Below are positions 9,356 through 19,401 of a stretch of 64,000 bases of DNA, one piece after another. How positions within the stretch are numbered: the stretch's first letter is position 1; each line of letters starts with the position of its first letter. Source of the stretch: an uncultured Holophagales bacterium (GTDB taxonomy: Bacteria > Acidobacteriota > Thermoanaerobaculia > Multivoradales > UBA5704); the NCBI GenBank assembly GCA_963842525.1, contig CAWJGT010000034.1:1-64000 (forward strand). The letters run 5' to 3'. The position numbers were made by a program, and so were the translations under genes. The notes beneath the pieces were generated by a model. That model saw only the letters and a program-made list of their open reading frames with translations, was not told the DNA's origin and ran no database searches.

Positions 9356-11409
9356 TAGGGAGCCAGATACCGCTCCAGCCAGCCGAAGAATTCCTTCCAC
9401 CACAGCAGCGCCGCCTGGGGCTTGAGCACCCAGTGGTTCTCCTCCGGGAAGACCACGATCCGCGCCGGCACGCCCTTGCCCTGAAGGACGCCGTAGAGAT
9501 TGATCCCCTGGGTCACCGGCACGCGGTAGTCCTTTTCGCCGTGGAAGACCAGGGTCGGGGTAGCGAAATCCTTCGCGAAGCGGCTGGGGGAGTAGAGGTC
9601 GACCCGGGCGGGGTCGGTCCAGGGCGCGGCGCCGTAGTTGCTCGGCCGGCCCCAGGTGTCGTCGGAGGCGAACTGCCCCATCAGGTCGTAGACCCCCGCG
9701 TGCGAGATCAGGGCGGCGAAACGGTCGGTGTGGCCGAGGATCCAGTTCACCAGGTAGCCGCCATAGGAGCCGCCGGCCGCGGCCATCCGCTTCTCGTCGA
9801 TGTAGCCCTGGGCGAGCAGCCAGTCGGTGGCTTTCATGACATCGGTGAACGGCTTGTCGGCGTGGTTGCCGAGGATCGACTCGGCGAAGGCCTGCCCATA
9901 GCCGGTGGAGCCATGGAAGTTGATCAGGGAGACGACGTATCCCTGCGAGGCGACGAGGGCCGCGTTCCAGCGGTAGTGGAAGTCGTCTGGGAAGGCGCCG
10001 TGAGGGCCGCCGTGAATCAGGTGGACCAGCGGCCATTTCTTCTTCGCGTCGAACCCCGGCGGGAAGACGAGATGCATGTGGACCGGATCGCCGCCGGCTC
10101 CCTCGAAGGTCGCCTCGCTGGTCGTCGGCAGGTCGAGCTCGGCCATGCGCGCGGTATTGAAGGAGGTGAGGCGCCGCGGCTCCTTTCCCTCCAGCGCCAT
10201 GGTGAAGACCTCGGCCGGCGCGGTGAGGGACTGCCGGGTGAAGGCGATGCCACCCGGTCCTGCGTCCACGCTGCCGGTCACGCCACCACGGGCCACGAGG
10301 CGCGGCGTCCCCGAGCCCTCGAACGGTACGGCGTAGATGTTCGTCCTGCCGCGCTCCTCGGCGTGGAGGACCAGGGTCTTGCCGTCCGGCGTGAACACGG
10401 GGTTGCTCGGCTGGTTGTCCCAGGCGTCGAAGAGCCCGCGGACCTCACCGGTCTTGCGGTCGTACCGCGCCAAGCGGGCGAAGTCGGGATCGATGTCCGG
10501 CCGGCGGGTGCGGCCGAAGACGATCGAGCGGCCGTCCGGGGCATAGACCGGCGAGCCGTCCGAGGCCGGGTTGTCCGGCGTGATGTTGCGCGCCTCGCCC
10601 GGCCGGCCCACGGGTTGGATGAAGAGATCGAAGTTGATGGTCGTGTAGGGCGGCTCGGTGACGTTGACGCTATAGGCGATTTCCTGGCCGTCCGGAGCGA
10701 GGTCCCAGCCGTCTTCACGAGAGAAGAAGTCCATCTCGCGCTTCAGGCCGGGGGTCAGGTCCTCGACCTTGCCGGTGGCCACGTCGGCGGCGAAGATGTG
10801 ATGGACCTGGCCGGTGGTCCGGTACTCGTCCCAGTAGCGCAGCAGGCGGGTGTCGCCGACTTTGGCCTGGACCTTGTCGGCCTTCTGATCGTCGAGCCGC
10901 TTCTTGACCGCATCCCAGTCGGCGTCCAGGTCGGACCAGGTGCTCGCCAGCAGGGCGATGCGGCGGCCGTCCGGGAACCATCTAAAGTCCTCGACCGCCA
11001 CCGGTAGCCTGGTGACCGGCTGGGCCTCGCCGCCTTCCGGGCTCATCGGGAGCAGGTAGAGCTGCGGCGGAGGGTCGCCCCGCTTGGAGAGGAAGGCGAT
11101 GCTCTTGCCGTCCGGGCTCCAGGCGGGCGAGCTGTCGGACCCCGGGTTCCAGGTCAGCCGCCGGGGCGGCGCGCCGCCGTCGGCCGGCACCAGCCAGAGG
11201 TCGCTGTCGCTCTTGTTGTCCGCGATCGAGTAGCGAGTCATGGAAAAGACCACCCACCTGCCGTCCGGCGACAGCGCCGGGCCGGCCACGCGCTCCATCG
11301 CCCACAGGTCCTCCGCGGTCATGGGGCGTTTCGCGGCCTGGGCGGGGAGCGCGGCAAGGGCGAGGAGGAGGGTGGAGCAGAGGAGCCTGCGCGGCAACGG
11401 CTTGGACAT
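9355..11409 (-). CDS. S9 (prolyl oligopeptidase/acylaminoacyl peptidase) family secreted peptidase
   Basis: Signal peptide, WD40/PD40 repeats (WSPDG), IHGGP, GGSYGG nucleophile, DYRVP, EENHW. Confidence 0.95.
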   Translation of the reverse strand: MSKPLPRRLLCSTLLLALAALPAQAAKRPMTAEDLWAMERVAGPALSPDGRWVVFSMTRYSIADNKSDSDLWLVPADGGAPPRRLTWNPGSDSSPAWSPDGKSIAFLSKRGDPPPQLYLLPMSPEGGEAQPVTRLPVAVEDFRWFPDGRRIALLASTWSDLDADWDAVKKRLDDQKADKVQAKVGDTRLLRYWDEYRTTGQVHHIFAADVATGKVEDLTPGLKREMDFFSREDGWDLAPDGQEIAYSVNVTEPPYTTINFDLFIQPVGRPGEARNITPDNPASDGSPVYAPDGRSIVFGRTRRPDIDPDFARLARYDRKTGEVRGLFDAWDNQPSNPVFTPDGKTLVLHAEERGRTNIYAVPFEGSGTPRLVARGGVTGSVDAGPGGIAFTRQSLTAPAEVFTMALEGKEPRRLTSFNTARMAELDLPTTSEATFEGAGGDPVHMHLVFPPGFDAKKKWPLVHLIHGGPHGAFPDDFHYRWNAALVASQGYVVSLINFHGSTGYGQAFAESILGNHADKPFTDVMKATDWLLAQGYIDEKRMAAAGGSYGGYLVNWILGHTDRFAALISHAGVYDLMGQFASDDTWGRPSNYGAAPWTDPARVDLYSPSRFAKDFATPTLVFHGEKDYRVPVTQGINLYGVLQGKGVPARIVVFPEENHWVLKPQAALLWWKEFFGWLERYLAP

Positions 11410-11453
11410 GGATGACCTCCCGGGATCGTCGATGGCGCCGCGATGGTAGCAAA

Positions 11454-11664
11454 CCTCACCCCCTGTCCCCCTCTCCCATCGCCCCCCCACCGACCGGGAG
11501 AGGGGGGACGCATGCGGAGCGACTGAGACAAGGTCCATCGGATTTCTTTCCAACCAAGTCTTCCGATCCCAATCCGCTCTCGGTCCGTCGCACAGAGCCT
11601 GCTCTACGTCCCCCCTCCTCCCGGAGGAAGGGGGGGCGATGGGAGAGGGGGACAGGGGGTGAGG
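11454..11664. repeat. REPIN/MITE-like element with terminal inverted repeats
   Basis: CCTCACCCCCTGTCCCCCTCTCCCATCGCCCCCC at left and its reverse complement at right, each with an internal hairpin. Confidence 0.85.
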
Positions 11665-11728
11665 TATAGGATCGCCGCCACGGACGGAATCGAGCCCTGC
11701 TCCGTATGCTTGCCCGGGAGATCGATCC

Positions 11729-12997
11729 ATGACCGAACATATCCGCAACCCCGAGCTCGACCAGCTCGTCCGCGACCTGAACCGCCAGAACGCCGGAGCC
11801 GCCGAGGCCGGCCTGGAGGCCCCTATCCCGATCCTCCGGCCGAGCGGGATCGAGGCGCCTCCGGCTGTCGAGGTGCTCGACCTCCCCTCCCAGGTCCGGG
11901 TGGAGGAGGGAGAGCCGCTCGACCACCTGCTCCTGGAGATGATGCGGCAGGGAGCGAGCGACCTGCTGCTGATCGCCGGCATGCCTCCGGTCTTCCGCCT
12001 CGACGGCCGCCTGGTCCGGGTGGACGCCGAGGCCCTCGACAGCGACGAGCTCGGCCAGATGTTCCGTTCCCATCTGGGTGCGCGGACACGGCGCTTCCTC
12101 GACGAGACCGGCGCGGCCGACTTCCCCCTCCGCTTCGCGCCGGGCCGGGAGCTGGACGACGCCGGCGCCGCGGCCTACCGCTTCCGGGTGAACCTCCACC
12201 GGCAGCGCGGCCAGCTCGCGGCGGCGATCCGTTCCCTGCCGCTGGAGATCCCGGCGCTGGCGGGGCTCAATCTACCGGCCGTCCTTGCCGAGCTCGTGCG
12301 GCCGAGCCGCGGGCTCGTGCTGGTCTGCGGCCCGACCGGCTCGGGCAAGTCGACGACCCTGGCCGCCCTGGTGGGGGAGATCAACCGCACCCGGACGAGC
12401 CACGTCATCACCATCGAGGACCCGGTGGAGTACGAGCACCGCTCGAACAAATCGGTCGTCGAGCACATCGAGGTGGGGCGCGACGCCCGCTCCTTCCACG
12501 AGGCCCTGCGCTCGTCCCTGCGCCAGGACCCGGACGTCCTGCTGGTAGGGGAGATGCGCGACCTGGAGACCGTGGCGACCGCGCTGACCGCGGCCGAGAC
12601 CGGCCACTTGGTCCTCTCGACCCTGCACACCAACGACGCGGCCCAGGCGGTGCACCGCATCGTCGACGTCTTTCCGCCCGAGCGCCAGGCGCAGATCCGC
12701 CACCAGCTCGCGCTCGCCCTGCACGCCATCGTGGTCCAGCAGCTCGTCCCGCGGGTGGACGGCCGCGGGCGCGTCCCCGCGGTGGAGCTGCTCCTGGCCA
12801 CCTATCCGGTGCGCCACCACATCCGCAGCGACCACCTCCAGAAGCTCTACAACGAGATCACCCTGGGCAAGCGCCACGGCATGATCTCCCTGGAGCAGTC
12901 GCTGGCGCAGCTCGTCCGCGAAGGCAAGATCGACCTCGAAGAGGCCCAGGTGCGGGCGAGCCATCCTGAAGAGCTGGAAGCTTTGCTGCGGGGATAG
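11729..12997 (+). CDS. pilT: PilT/PilU family type IV pilus retraction ATPase
   Basis: GPTGSGKSTT, ITIEDPVE, LRQDPDVLLVGEMRD, AETGHLVLSTLHT. Confidence 0.9.
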   Translation: MTEHIRNPELDQLVRDLNRQNAGAAEAGLEAPIPILRPSGIEAPPAVEVLDLPSQVRVEEGEPLDHLLLEMMRQGASDLLLIAGMPPVFRLDGRLVRVDAEALDSDELGQMFRSHLGARTRRFLDETGAADFPLRFAPGRELDDAGAAAYRFRVNLHRQRGQLAAAIRSLPLEIPALAGLNLPAVLAELVRPSRGLVLVCGPTGSGKSTTLAALVGEINRTRTSHVITIEDPVEYEHRSNKSVVEHIEVGRDARSFHEALRSSLRQDPDVLLVGEMRDLETVATALTAAETGHLVLSTLHTNDAAQAVHRIVDVFPPERQAQIRHQLALALHAIVVQQLVPRVDGRGRVPAVELLLATYPVRHHIRSDHLQKLYNEITLGKRHGMISLEQSLAQLVREGKIDLEEAQVRASHPEELEALLRG

Positions 12998-13009
12998 AAT
13001 CACGAGGCC

Positions 13010-13490
13010 ATGCGACGCCCGCTCGTCCTCCCGGTCCTGCTTCTGTCCCTTTTCGCCGTCCTGCCGTGGACGGCGGCGGCCCGGCCCAGGCCGGAGCCGA
13101 GCGCGACCGCCCCGCCGATCAATGTCACGCACATCTTCGAAGGCGAGATCAACAGGAAGGGGCGGCCGGTCGGCTTTCATGCCCGGCCCGGAGGCAGGAA
13201 CCCGGCGGAGCGCGCGGGTCGTACGGATCGTGGACGGCCCCAACCGCCAGGGCGTCTATGTGGCGGAGGTGGAGATCCGCAATAGCGGCGGCCGCTGGCT
13301 CGGGAAGACTTCGACCTTCTATCCCGACCGGCTGAGCCGGCGGGAGGTGATCGACGCGGTCCTCCAGGCGTTCGAGAAGCGGACGGGGAGGAGGGGAGAG
13401 AAGTTCCGCGGCCCGTCCGGGCTCGGCTTCACGATCGAGGGATATTTCCAGAACGGCCGGATCAACACGGCCTGGCCGGTCTTCCAATGA
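13010..13490 (+). CDS. Secreted bacterial EndoU-domain nuclease (one frameshift near 13210)
   Basis: Signal peptide then HIFEGEINRKGRPVGFH...GVY...KTSTFYP...INTAWP, the bacterial EndoU pattern. Confidence 0.75.
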
Positions 13491-13507
13491 CCAGGAAGGG
13501 AGCTTCG

Positions 13508-13837
13508 ATGGCGCTCCGGTTCTTCCGCGATGAGTCGGGCGACCCCCGGGTACGGAACGCGGACCACGACCCGCTGGCGGACTTCCTGGAGAGCGACATC
13601 CAGGGGAGCGCGGCCTATGCCTGGGAGCTTCTCGCCGTGGTGGACCGCCTTCTCGACAACGACCTCGAAGAGTGGGCGCGGGGCGGGAACTCCTACTATC
13701 TGACCCTGACGCCGGAGCACGCCGTCCTCGAGGCCGGGCACGTCGATGGGCCGGCCCACGAAGTGCCGCTCCAGGCCTTCCGCGATACCGTGGCCGGCTG
13801 GCTCGATTTCCTGGAGAGCGGCGGCCGGCCGAGCTGA
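13508..13837 (+). CDS. YacL/UPF0231-like small acidic protein
   Basis: LRFFRD.SG start, W.R.GNSYYLTL, F...VAGW.DFL end resemble YacL; alternative start 13487 overlaps the upstream stop (ATGA). Confidence 0.6.
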   Translation: MALRFFRDESGDPRVRNADHDPLADFLESDIQGSAAYAWELLAVVDRLLDNDLEEWARGGNSYYLTLTPEHAVLEAGHVDGPAHEVPLQAFRDTVAGWLDFLESGGRPS

Positions 13838-13839
13838 GG

Positions 13840-14041
13840 CCTCACCCCCTGGCCCCCTCTCCCATCTCCCACCCTCCCATCCCCGGGAGAGGGGGAACGT
13901 CGCTGAGGCGGTATCCGCGAGTCCTTCTAGCGACCTGCCGGTGGAATTCTTGCCTTGACCTTGTCCCGAACGCTCCGCCTGCGTCCCCCCTCTCCCGGCG
14001 GGGGGCGGAAGGGAGATGGGAGAGGGGGCCAGGGGGTGAGG
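13840..14041. repeat. REPIN/MITE-like element with terminal inverted repeats
   Basis: CCTCACCCCCTGGCCCCCTCTCCCATCTCCC at left and its reverse complement at right; lies between convergent genes. Confidence 0.85.
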
Positions 14042-14043
14042 AC

Positions 14044-14694
14044 TCAGCTCACCAGCAACGGCGGGAGGTCCAGGCGGAGCATCTCGCCGGGGCCGGCCAT
14101 CAGATTGAGCAGGACGTCCTCGAGCTCCAGCAGGCTCGGCGTCTCCATCAGCACCTGCCTCTCGGCGGGGGAGAAGGGGCAGGCGTGGGCGAGGGCGGTC
14201 ACGATCTCGGTGCCGGCCATGCCGTCCATGATCGTCGGATCGAGGGGCGAGCCCTGGTTCTCCAGCCGCACGCGCACCAGATCCTTGAGCCGGGTGAAGT
14301 CGAGATCCTCCACCTGGGAGAGGTCGTCCAGGAAGTCCCCGTAATCCACATGCAGCCGGAGGTAGCCGCCGTCGTCCCGCTCCTCGCCGACGATGCGGAA
14401 GCGGACCACGCCGCCGACCAGGACGTGCAGCTCCGGCTCCTCCTCCTCGACTTCGCCGATCGTCCCCAGGCAGCCGACCGAGAAAAGGTCGGCGCTCGAC
14501 GGCTCCACCGCTTCCGGATCGATCGGCTGGACCACCGCGACATAGGACTCCGGGGACTCCGACGCCATCGCGTCTTCGAGGAGGCGGCGCTGCCAGGGCT
14601 CGACGGCGGCCAGCCGGACCACGGTCCCGGGCAGGAGGAGCGGCGCCGGCAGGGCGAAGACCGGTACGACGGTGGGCAGATCTTCAGGGCTCAT
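14044..14694 (-). CDS. LON peptidase substrate-binding domain protein
   Basis: LPTVVPVFAL...LLPG, VGCLG.I, GVVRFRI, PFSPAERQVLME. Confidence 0.85.
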   Translation of the reverse strand: MSPEDLPTVVPVFALPAPLLLPGTVVRLAAVEPWQRRLLEDAMASESPESYVAVVQPIDPEAVEPSSADLFSVGCLGTIGEVEEEEPELHVLVGGVVRFRIVGEERDDGGYLRLHVDYGDFLDDLSQVEDLDFTRLKDLVRVRLENQGSPLDPTIMDGMAGTEIVTALAHACPFSPAERQVLMETPSLLELEDVLLNLMAGPGEMLRLDLPPLLVS

Positions 14695-14842
14695 CTGGAT
14701 TCCGCCATCTTTTCAGATTCGCGGGCTGCCCACAATGACTTCCGAAGGACTCCGCAGCTCCGGAAGGCCCGACTTGACGTGTTCCCGAGGAGCCGTATAT
14801 AGAAAACTCCTGCCCTCTCTCATATCCTGTGGCAAGAAAAGC

Positions 14843-17515
14843 ATGGAGCAGCCCCAAACAACAGCGACCGTGAATTCCGGAATGGCGCTCCCGCCGCCGG
14901 TCCAGGTCCTCGCTCCGGGGACCCCGATTGGCGAGCGCTACGAGATCCGGTCCCTGCTGGGGACGGGCGGATACGCCGTGGTCTACCGGGCCCTGGACCG
15001 GGAGCTGAAGCGCGAAATCGCTCTCAAGGTCCTGCGCCACGAGCGCGTCTCGGCCGAAGGACTGGTCCGGTTGCGGCGGGAGGCGGCCCTGGCGCGCGAC
15101 GCCGCGAGCCCGCACATCGTCCGCGTCTTCGACATCGGGAGCGCCGGTCCTTTCGTCTTCCTGTCCATGGAAGCCGTCGAGGGCGAGTCGCTCAAGGAGC
15201 GTTTGCTCCGGGGGCTGCTCCCGGTGCGCGAGGCGATCCGCCTGGGTCTCCAGATCCTCGCCGGCCTCCAGGTGCTGCACGGGCTCGGCATCGTCCACCG
15301 CGACCTCAAGCCGAGCAACATCCTCCTCGCGGCGGACGGCAGCGTGAAGCTCGCCGATTTCGGCCTCGCCCGGCGCCTCGACGCCGAGGAGACACGGCTC
15401 ACCACCACCACGGCGCTGGTCGGCACGGTCGAATACCTTGCCCCGGAGCAGATCCTCGGGCGTGAGGTGGACCGCCGGAGCGACCTCTACGGCTTCGGCG
15501 TGGTGCTCTTCGAGATGCTGACCGGACGGCTCCCGTTCACGGAGGGGTGCTCTCTCGCGACCCTGGTGGCCCATGTGCAGCGCCGGGCACCCGCCCTGCG
15601 CCGGTTCCGGCCCGAGGCCCCTCGCTGGCTCGCCGCTCTGGTGGCGCGCCTGCTCGAAAAGGACCGCAAGCTGCGCTACCCCTCGGCCGCCGCCGTGCTG
15701 GACGACCTACGGAGGGGGAGGGGCCCCGTGCTGCGCCGGCTCGGCAGGAGGACCGGACCCTGGCTGGTAGCCGGGCTGGTCCTGGCAGCCGGCGCCGCGA
15801 CCGTCATCTGGAAGGCCGACGAGCTGCGGTTCGCCCGCTTCGTGGCGGACGGCGAGGGAGGGGTGGTCGCCTCCAGCCGGGACGGCACGAGGCTCTGGCA
15901 GTTGCCCGGGGTCGATCCCGAGGTGGCCTCGCGGTTCGTCCGCGCCCGTTTGGAAAGGAACGGCCCGCGGCTCCTCGCGGGCTTTCTTCATCGCAACGAC
16001 GACCTCGATCCGCAGAAGGTCCAGACGCTCGTCTTCTGGGGCCCGCAGAGCGGAGCGGCCGTCCATCGCGTGACGCTTCCCGGCCCCGGCGCCCACTTCA
16101 GCGAATTCTCGGACCAGTTCCGGCCCGACCACCTGCGGGCCCTCGACCTGGATGAGGACGGCATCGACGAGATCCTGGTCACCTACATCCACGTTCCGGA
16201 CGCGCCTTCCTACACGGTGCTCTACGAGCCGCGGAGCAACCGGCCGCGGGTGGTCTTCTCCGGCTCGGGGCACCATCGCATCGCCGGAGCGGTCGACCTC
16301 GACGGCGACGGCCGGAAGGAGATCCTCCTGGCGGGGATCAACAACCGCCTGGGATACGTCAACGCCCTGGCGGCTGTCCGGCTGAAGGCCTGGATCGACG
16401 AGGACGCGACTGGTCTGGAGACGGCGGTCTCCCCCGATCTCGGCTCGTGGCCGCTCGAAGAAACGTTCTGGTACGCGCTCCTCCCGCGGGGCATCCTCGC
16501 CAGCCCCGAGGGCTGTGTGACGGCCGACTCTGCGCGGCAGCTCCTGATGATCGCCTATGCGGACAGGCGCCCGCACGTCCTCCAGTACGACGGCTTTCCT
16601 CCCGCGGACGGGCCGCAAGCAGAAGAGGCGAGGCGCGGCATCGATCGGCAGGCGAGCTTCCGGCTGCTGCGCGACGCCCTGATCCTGCTCGGGTCCCAGT
16701 CTCCTGGTGATGCTGGCGACGCTGCCAACCCTGCCGACACTGCCGGCGCCCTGGTCCTGCTCAGTCGCGCCATGAAGCTGGCCCGGCGGTCTGGAAGCCC
16801 TTTCCTCCCCGACGTCCTCCAGGCCGTCCTCGGCCGGGCTCTGGTGGCCGCAGGCCGGACGCGCGAGGCGGAGTCTCTCTTCGCGGGGCTCGCCCGGAAA
16901 TCGGGATGGGGCGCCGAGGCCGCCTTCGTGGCCGCCGAATCGTTCCATCTGCGGGGAGACGTCCGGCAGGCGATCGACTGGTACGGCAGGGGCCTCGTCC
17001 TGAGCGGAACCGGGGGAGCCGGCCGGCGGAAACATGAGTACCTCCAGGGGCTCACCCTGGCCTATGCCGAGCGCAGAGACTGGACCCAGGGCCTCGATGC
17101 GCTCGACCGGTTCGGCACCGCCTTCCCGTCCGCGTTCGACTCCCGCTTCTACACCGAATACCTGCGCTGGAGGTCCGGCGAGGTCCCCGATCCCGAGGGC
17201 CTCTCGGCGTCCGTGGACGCCTCCGACTTCCTGCGCTATTGGCTGCTCGAATTCCGCCTTGCGCGCGGCGAGCCTCCGCTGAGGCTCCTGGCCGCTGTCG
17301 ACCTCGAGGTCCCCCGCTCCTGGGAGAGCCGCGGCGCCCTGCGCTCGCTGCAGGCCGAGCTGTTCGACCGCATCGGCCGCCGCCGTGAGGCGGTAGCGAC
17401 GGCGCGCAGCGCGGTCGACTGGCTGCAGGCCCGGCGCTGGCGCAGCACCTTCGCCCGCGGCCACCTCGGCCTCGCGCAGGAGCGCCTGAAGCGGCTGGAG
17501 GCCCGGCCCTTCTGA
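14843..17515 (+). CDS. Membrane Ser/Thr protein kinase with extracytoplasmic FG-GAP-like and TPR-like regions
   Basis: LGTGGYAVVY, IALK, HRDLKPSN, DFG, YLAPE; TM segment; DLDEDGIDEI and DLDGDGRKEI Ca-binding loops; helical C-terminus. Confidence 0.92.
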   Translation: MEQPQTTATVNSGMALPPPVQVLAPGTPIGERYEIRSLLGTGGYAVVYRALDRELKREIALKVLRHERVSAEGLVRLRREAALARDAASPHIVRVFDIGSAGPFVFLSMEAVEGESLKERLLRGLLPVREAIRLGLQILAGLQVLHGLGIVHRDLKPSNILLAADGSVKLADFGLARRLDAEETRLTTTTALVGTVEYLAPEQILGREVDRRSDLYGFGVVLFEMLTGRLPFTEGCSLATLVAHVQRRAPALRRFRPEAPRWLAALVARLLEKDRKLRYPSAAAVLDDLRRGRGPVLRRLGRRTGPWLVAGLVLAAGAATVIWKADELRFARFVADGEGGVVASSRDGTRLWQLPGVDPEVASRFVRARLERNGPRLLAGFLHRNDDLDPQKVQTLVFWGPQSGAAVHRVTLPGPGAHFSEFSDQFRPDHLRALDLDEDGIDEILVTYIHVPDAPSYTVLYEPRSNRPRVVFSGSGHHRIAGAVDLDGDGRKEILLAGINNRLGYVNALAAVRLKAWIDEDATGLETAVSPDLGSWPLEETFWYALLPRGILASPEGCVTADSARQLLMIAYADRRPHVLQYDGFPPADGPQAEEARRGIDRQASFRLLRDALILLGSQSPGDAGDAANPADTAGALVLLSRAMKLARRSGSPFLPDVLQAVLGRALVAAGRTREAESLFAGLARKSGWGAEAAFVAAESFHLRGDVRQAIDWYGRGLVLSGTGGAGRRKHEYLQGLTLAYAERRDWTQGLDALDRFGTAFPSAFDSRFYTEYLRWRSGEVPDPEGLSASVDASDFLRYWLLEFRLARGEPPLRLLAAVDLEVPRSWESRGALRSLQAELFDRIGRRREAVATARSAVDWLQARRWRSTFARGHLGLAQERLKRLEARPF

Positions 17516-19341
17516 TGCTCCGCCTCGTCATCACCTGTGCCGACCGCATCGTGCGCGTCCCCGTGCCGGCGGGAGAGGCGCGCCTCGGCTCGGCCGCGGA
17601 CAACGACCTCGTCCTGCCGTTCCCCGGGGTGTCGCGCCACCATGCCGTAGTGCGTCCTGTGCCGGGCGGCCTGCTCCTGCTCGATCAGCATTCGAAAAAC
17701 GGCCTCGTCGTCGCAGGGAAGCGCAGGACGGAGGTGCTCCTGGAGCCCGGGGAGAGCGTCCAGATGGGGCGTGCAGTCGTCATGCTCGAACATATCGCCT
17801 CGTCCGACGCCGAGATCGCGCTGGCGCTGGGTTCCCTGCCGGGGTTGACCTCCGCGCGGGGCGGAGTGCGTCAGACCGACGCGCTGTCGGCGGGAGAGGG
17901 CGTCTCCTCGCCGACGCGGGCCCTCCAGCTTATCCGAGACCTCGAGAACCTCGAACATCAGGGGCTCACCCAACCGCGCAACGAGGTGCTCCGCGAGGCC
18001 GCTGCCGTCCTCGGCGCCGAATCACTCCTCGTCTTCTCGCTCAACCGGAGCCAGGAGATCTCCACCATCATCGACCTGCATGGTCCCATGCCCGACGAGG
18101 CCCAGGCCCGCGCGCTGGTCCACTCGGCCCGCAGCCTGGCCCGCGGCGGCGCGCCGGAGCCGCCGCTCCTCCTGACCGCCTCGGCGGACCGCGAGCGCTT
18201 CCTGGCCGTCCGGCTCGGCCCCTGGATATCCGACACCAGCGGGACCGGCTCCTGGCGCGAGGCCTTCCTCGAATACCTGGGCAGCAAGCTGCTGGGCACG
18301 ATGGAGGCTGCCGGAAGCGCGGCACCAAGGGCACTGCCGGAGGCCCTCACCTTCCCGCCCGGCATGGTGCCCGGCAGCTCGCCCGTGATCCAGGCCGTCC
18401 TGGAACGCTTGCGCGCCACGGTCCGCAGCCGCCTCGACGTCCTCCTGCTCGGCGAGACGGGCACCGGCGAAGAGCTCTTCGCCCGCCTGATCCATGCCTC
18501 GGGCCCGACGGCCGGCGGACCGTTCGTGGCCCTCAATTGTGCTGCCATCGCCGGCGACCTCCTCGAAGCCGAGCTGTTCGGCGTCCTCGGCCGGGTCGCC
18601 ACCGGGGTGGATGCCCGGCCCGGGCTCTTCGTCCAGGCCGAAGGCGGCACGATCTTCCTCGACGAGATCGGCGACATGCCGGCCCGGCTCCAGGCCAAGC
18701 TCCTGCGCGTCCTCCAGGAGCGCGAGGTGCTGCCCGTCGGCGGCAGCACGGCCCGCAAGATCCAGGTGCGCGTGGTCTCGGCCTCGAACCGCGATCTGCT
18801 CCTGATGGTCGGGGAGGGGAGCTTCCGGGCGGACCTCTACTACCGGCTGCGCGGCGTCGAGGTCCGCATTCCGCCGCTGCGCCAACGGCGCGAGGACCTC
18901 CCCTTTCTGGCCCTGTCCTTCGCCTCCCGGGCCGCGGACAGATACGGCAAGAGCATCCGCGGCATCAGCCGCAAGGCCCTCCGCCTTCTACTCGGCCATC
19001 CCTGGCCCGGCAACATCCGGGAGCTCCAGTCGGTGGTGGAGGAGGCCGTCCTGCGCTGTCCCTCCGGCGGCACCCTGGAGAGCGAGCATCTCGACCTGGG
19101 AAGCGGTCCCCCTCTGCCGGCCCGGGACGCCCTGCCGCCCGAGACGCCCCCGGCCGCCGCGCCGGCGCCGGAAGCCGGCAGGTTCCCCTCTCTCCAGGAA
19201 CGGGTCGAGACCGTCGAGCGGGAGGCCATCCTGGAGGCCCTCCAGGCGACCAAGGGGCGCAAGACGACCGCCGCCAAGCTGTTGGGCCTCACCCGGCAGG
19301 GATTGACTCTCAAGATCGCACGTTTGAAGATCGAAATCTAG
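17515..19341 (+). CDS. FHA-domain sigma54-dependent activator (bEBP) with Fis HTH
   Basis: FHA (LGS..ND...VSRHH...SKNG), AAA+ (GETGTGEE, LEAELFG, FLDEIG, QAKLLRVLQ, FRADLYYRL, WPGNIREL), C-terminal HTH; start overlaps the kinase stop. Confidence 0.93.
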   Translation: MLRLVITCADRIVRVPVPAGEARLGSAADNDLVLPFPGVSRHHAVVRPVPGGLLLLDQHSKNGLVVAGKRRTEVLLEPGESVQMGRAVVMLEHIASSDAEIALALGSLPGLTSARGGVRQTDALSAGEGVSSPTRALQLIRDLENLEHQGLTQPRNEVLREAAAVLGAESLLVFSLNRSQEISTIIDLHGPMPDEAQARALVHSARSLARGGAPEPPLLLTASADRERFLAVRLGPWISDTSGTGSWREAFLEYLGSKLLGTMEAAGSAAPRALPEALTFPPGMVPGSSPVIQAVLERLRATVRSRLDVLLLGETGTGEELFARLIHASGPTAGGPFVALNCAAIAGDLLEAELFGVLGRVATGVDARPGLFVQAEGGTIFLDEIGDMPARLQAKLLRVLQEREVLPVGGSTARKIQVRVVSASNRDLLLMVGEGSFRADLYYRLRGVEVRIPPLRQRREDLPFLALSFASRAADRYGKSIRGISRKALRLLLGHPWPGNIRELQSVVEEAVLRCPSGGTLESEHLDLGSGPPLPARDALPPETPPAAAPAPEAGRFPSLQERVETVEREAILEALQATKGRKTTAAKLLGLTRQGLTLKIARLKIEI

Positions 19342-19401
19342 GAATCACTCTCTTGATGTGTAGCTCCTTGCCGCAACGCCAAGCTGGCTTGCGCTTCGGG
19401 T

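Noticed and set aside
11410-11982. N-terminal extension of the S9 peptidase in the ORF track
   Set aside because: Runs through a REP element and into pilT; the real start is MSKPLPRR at 11409 with RBS and signal peptide
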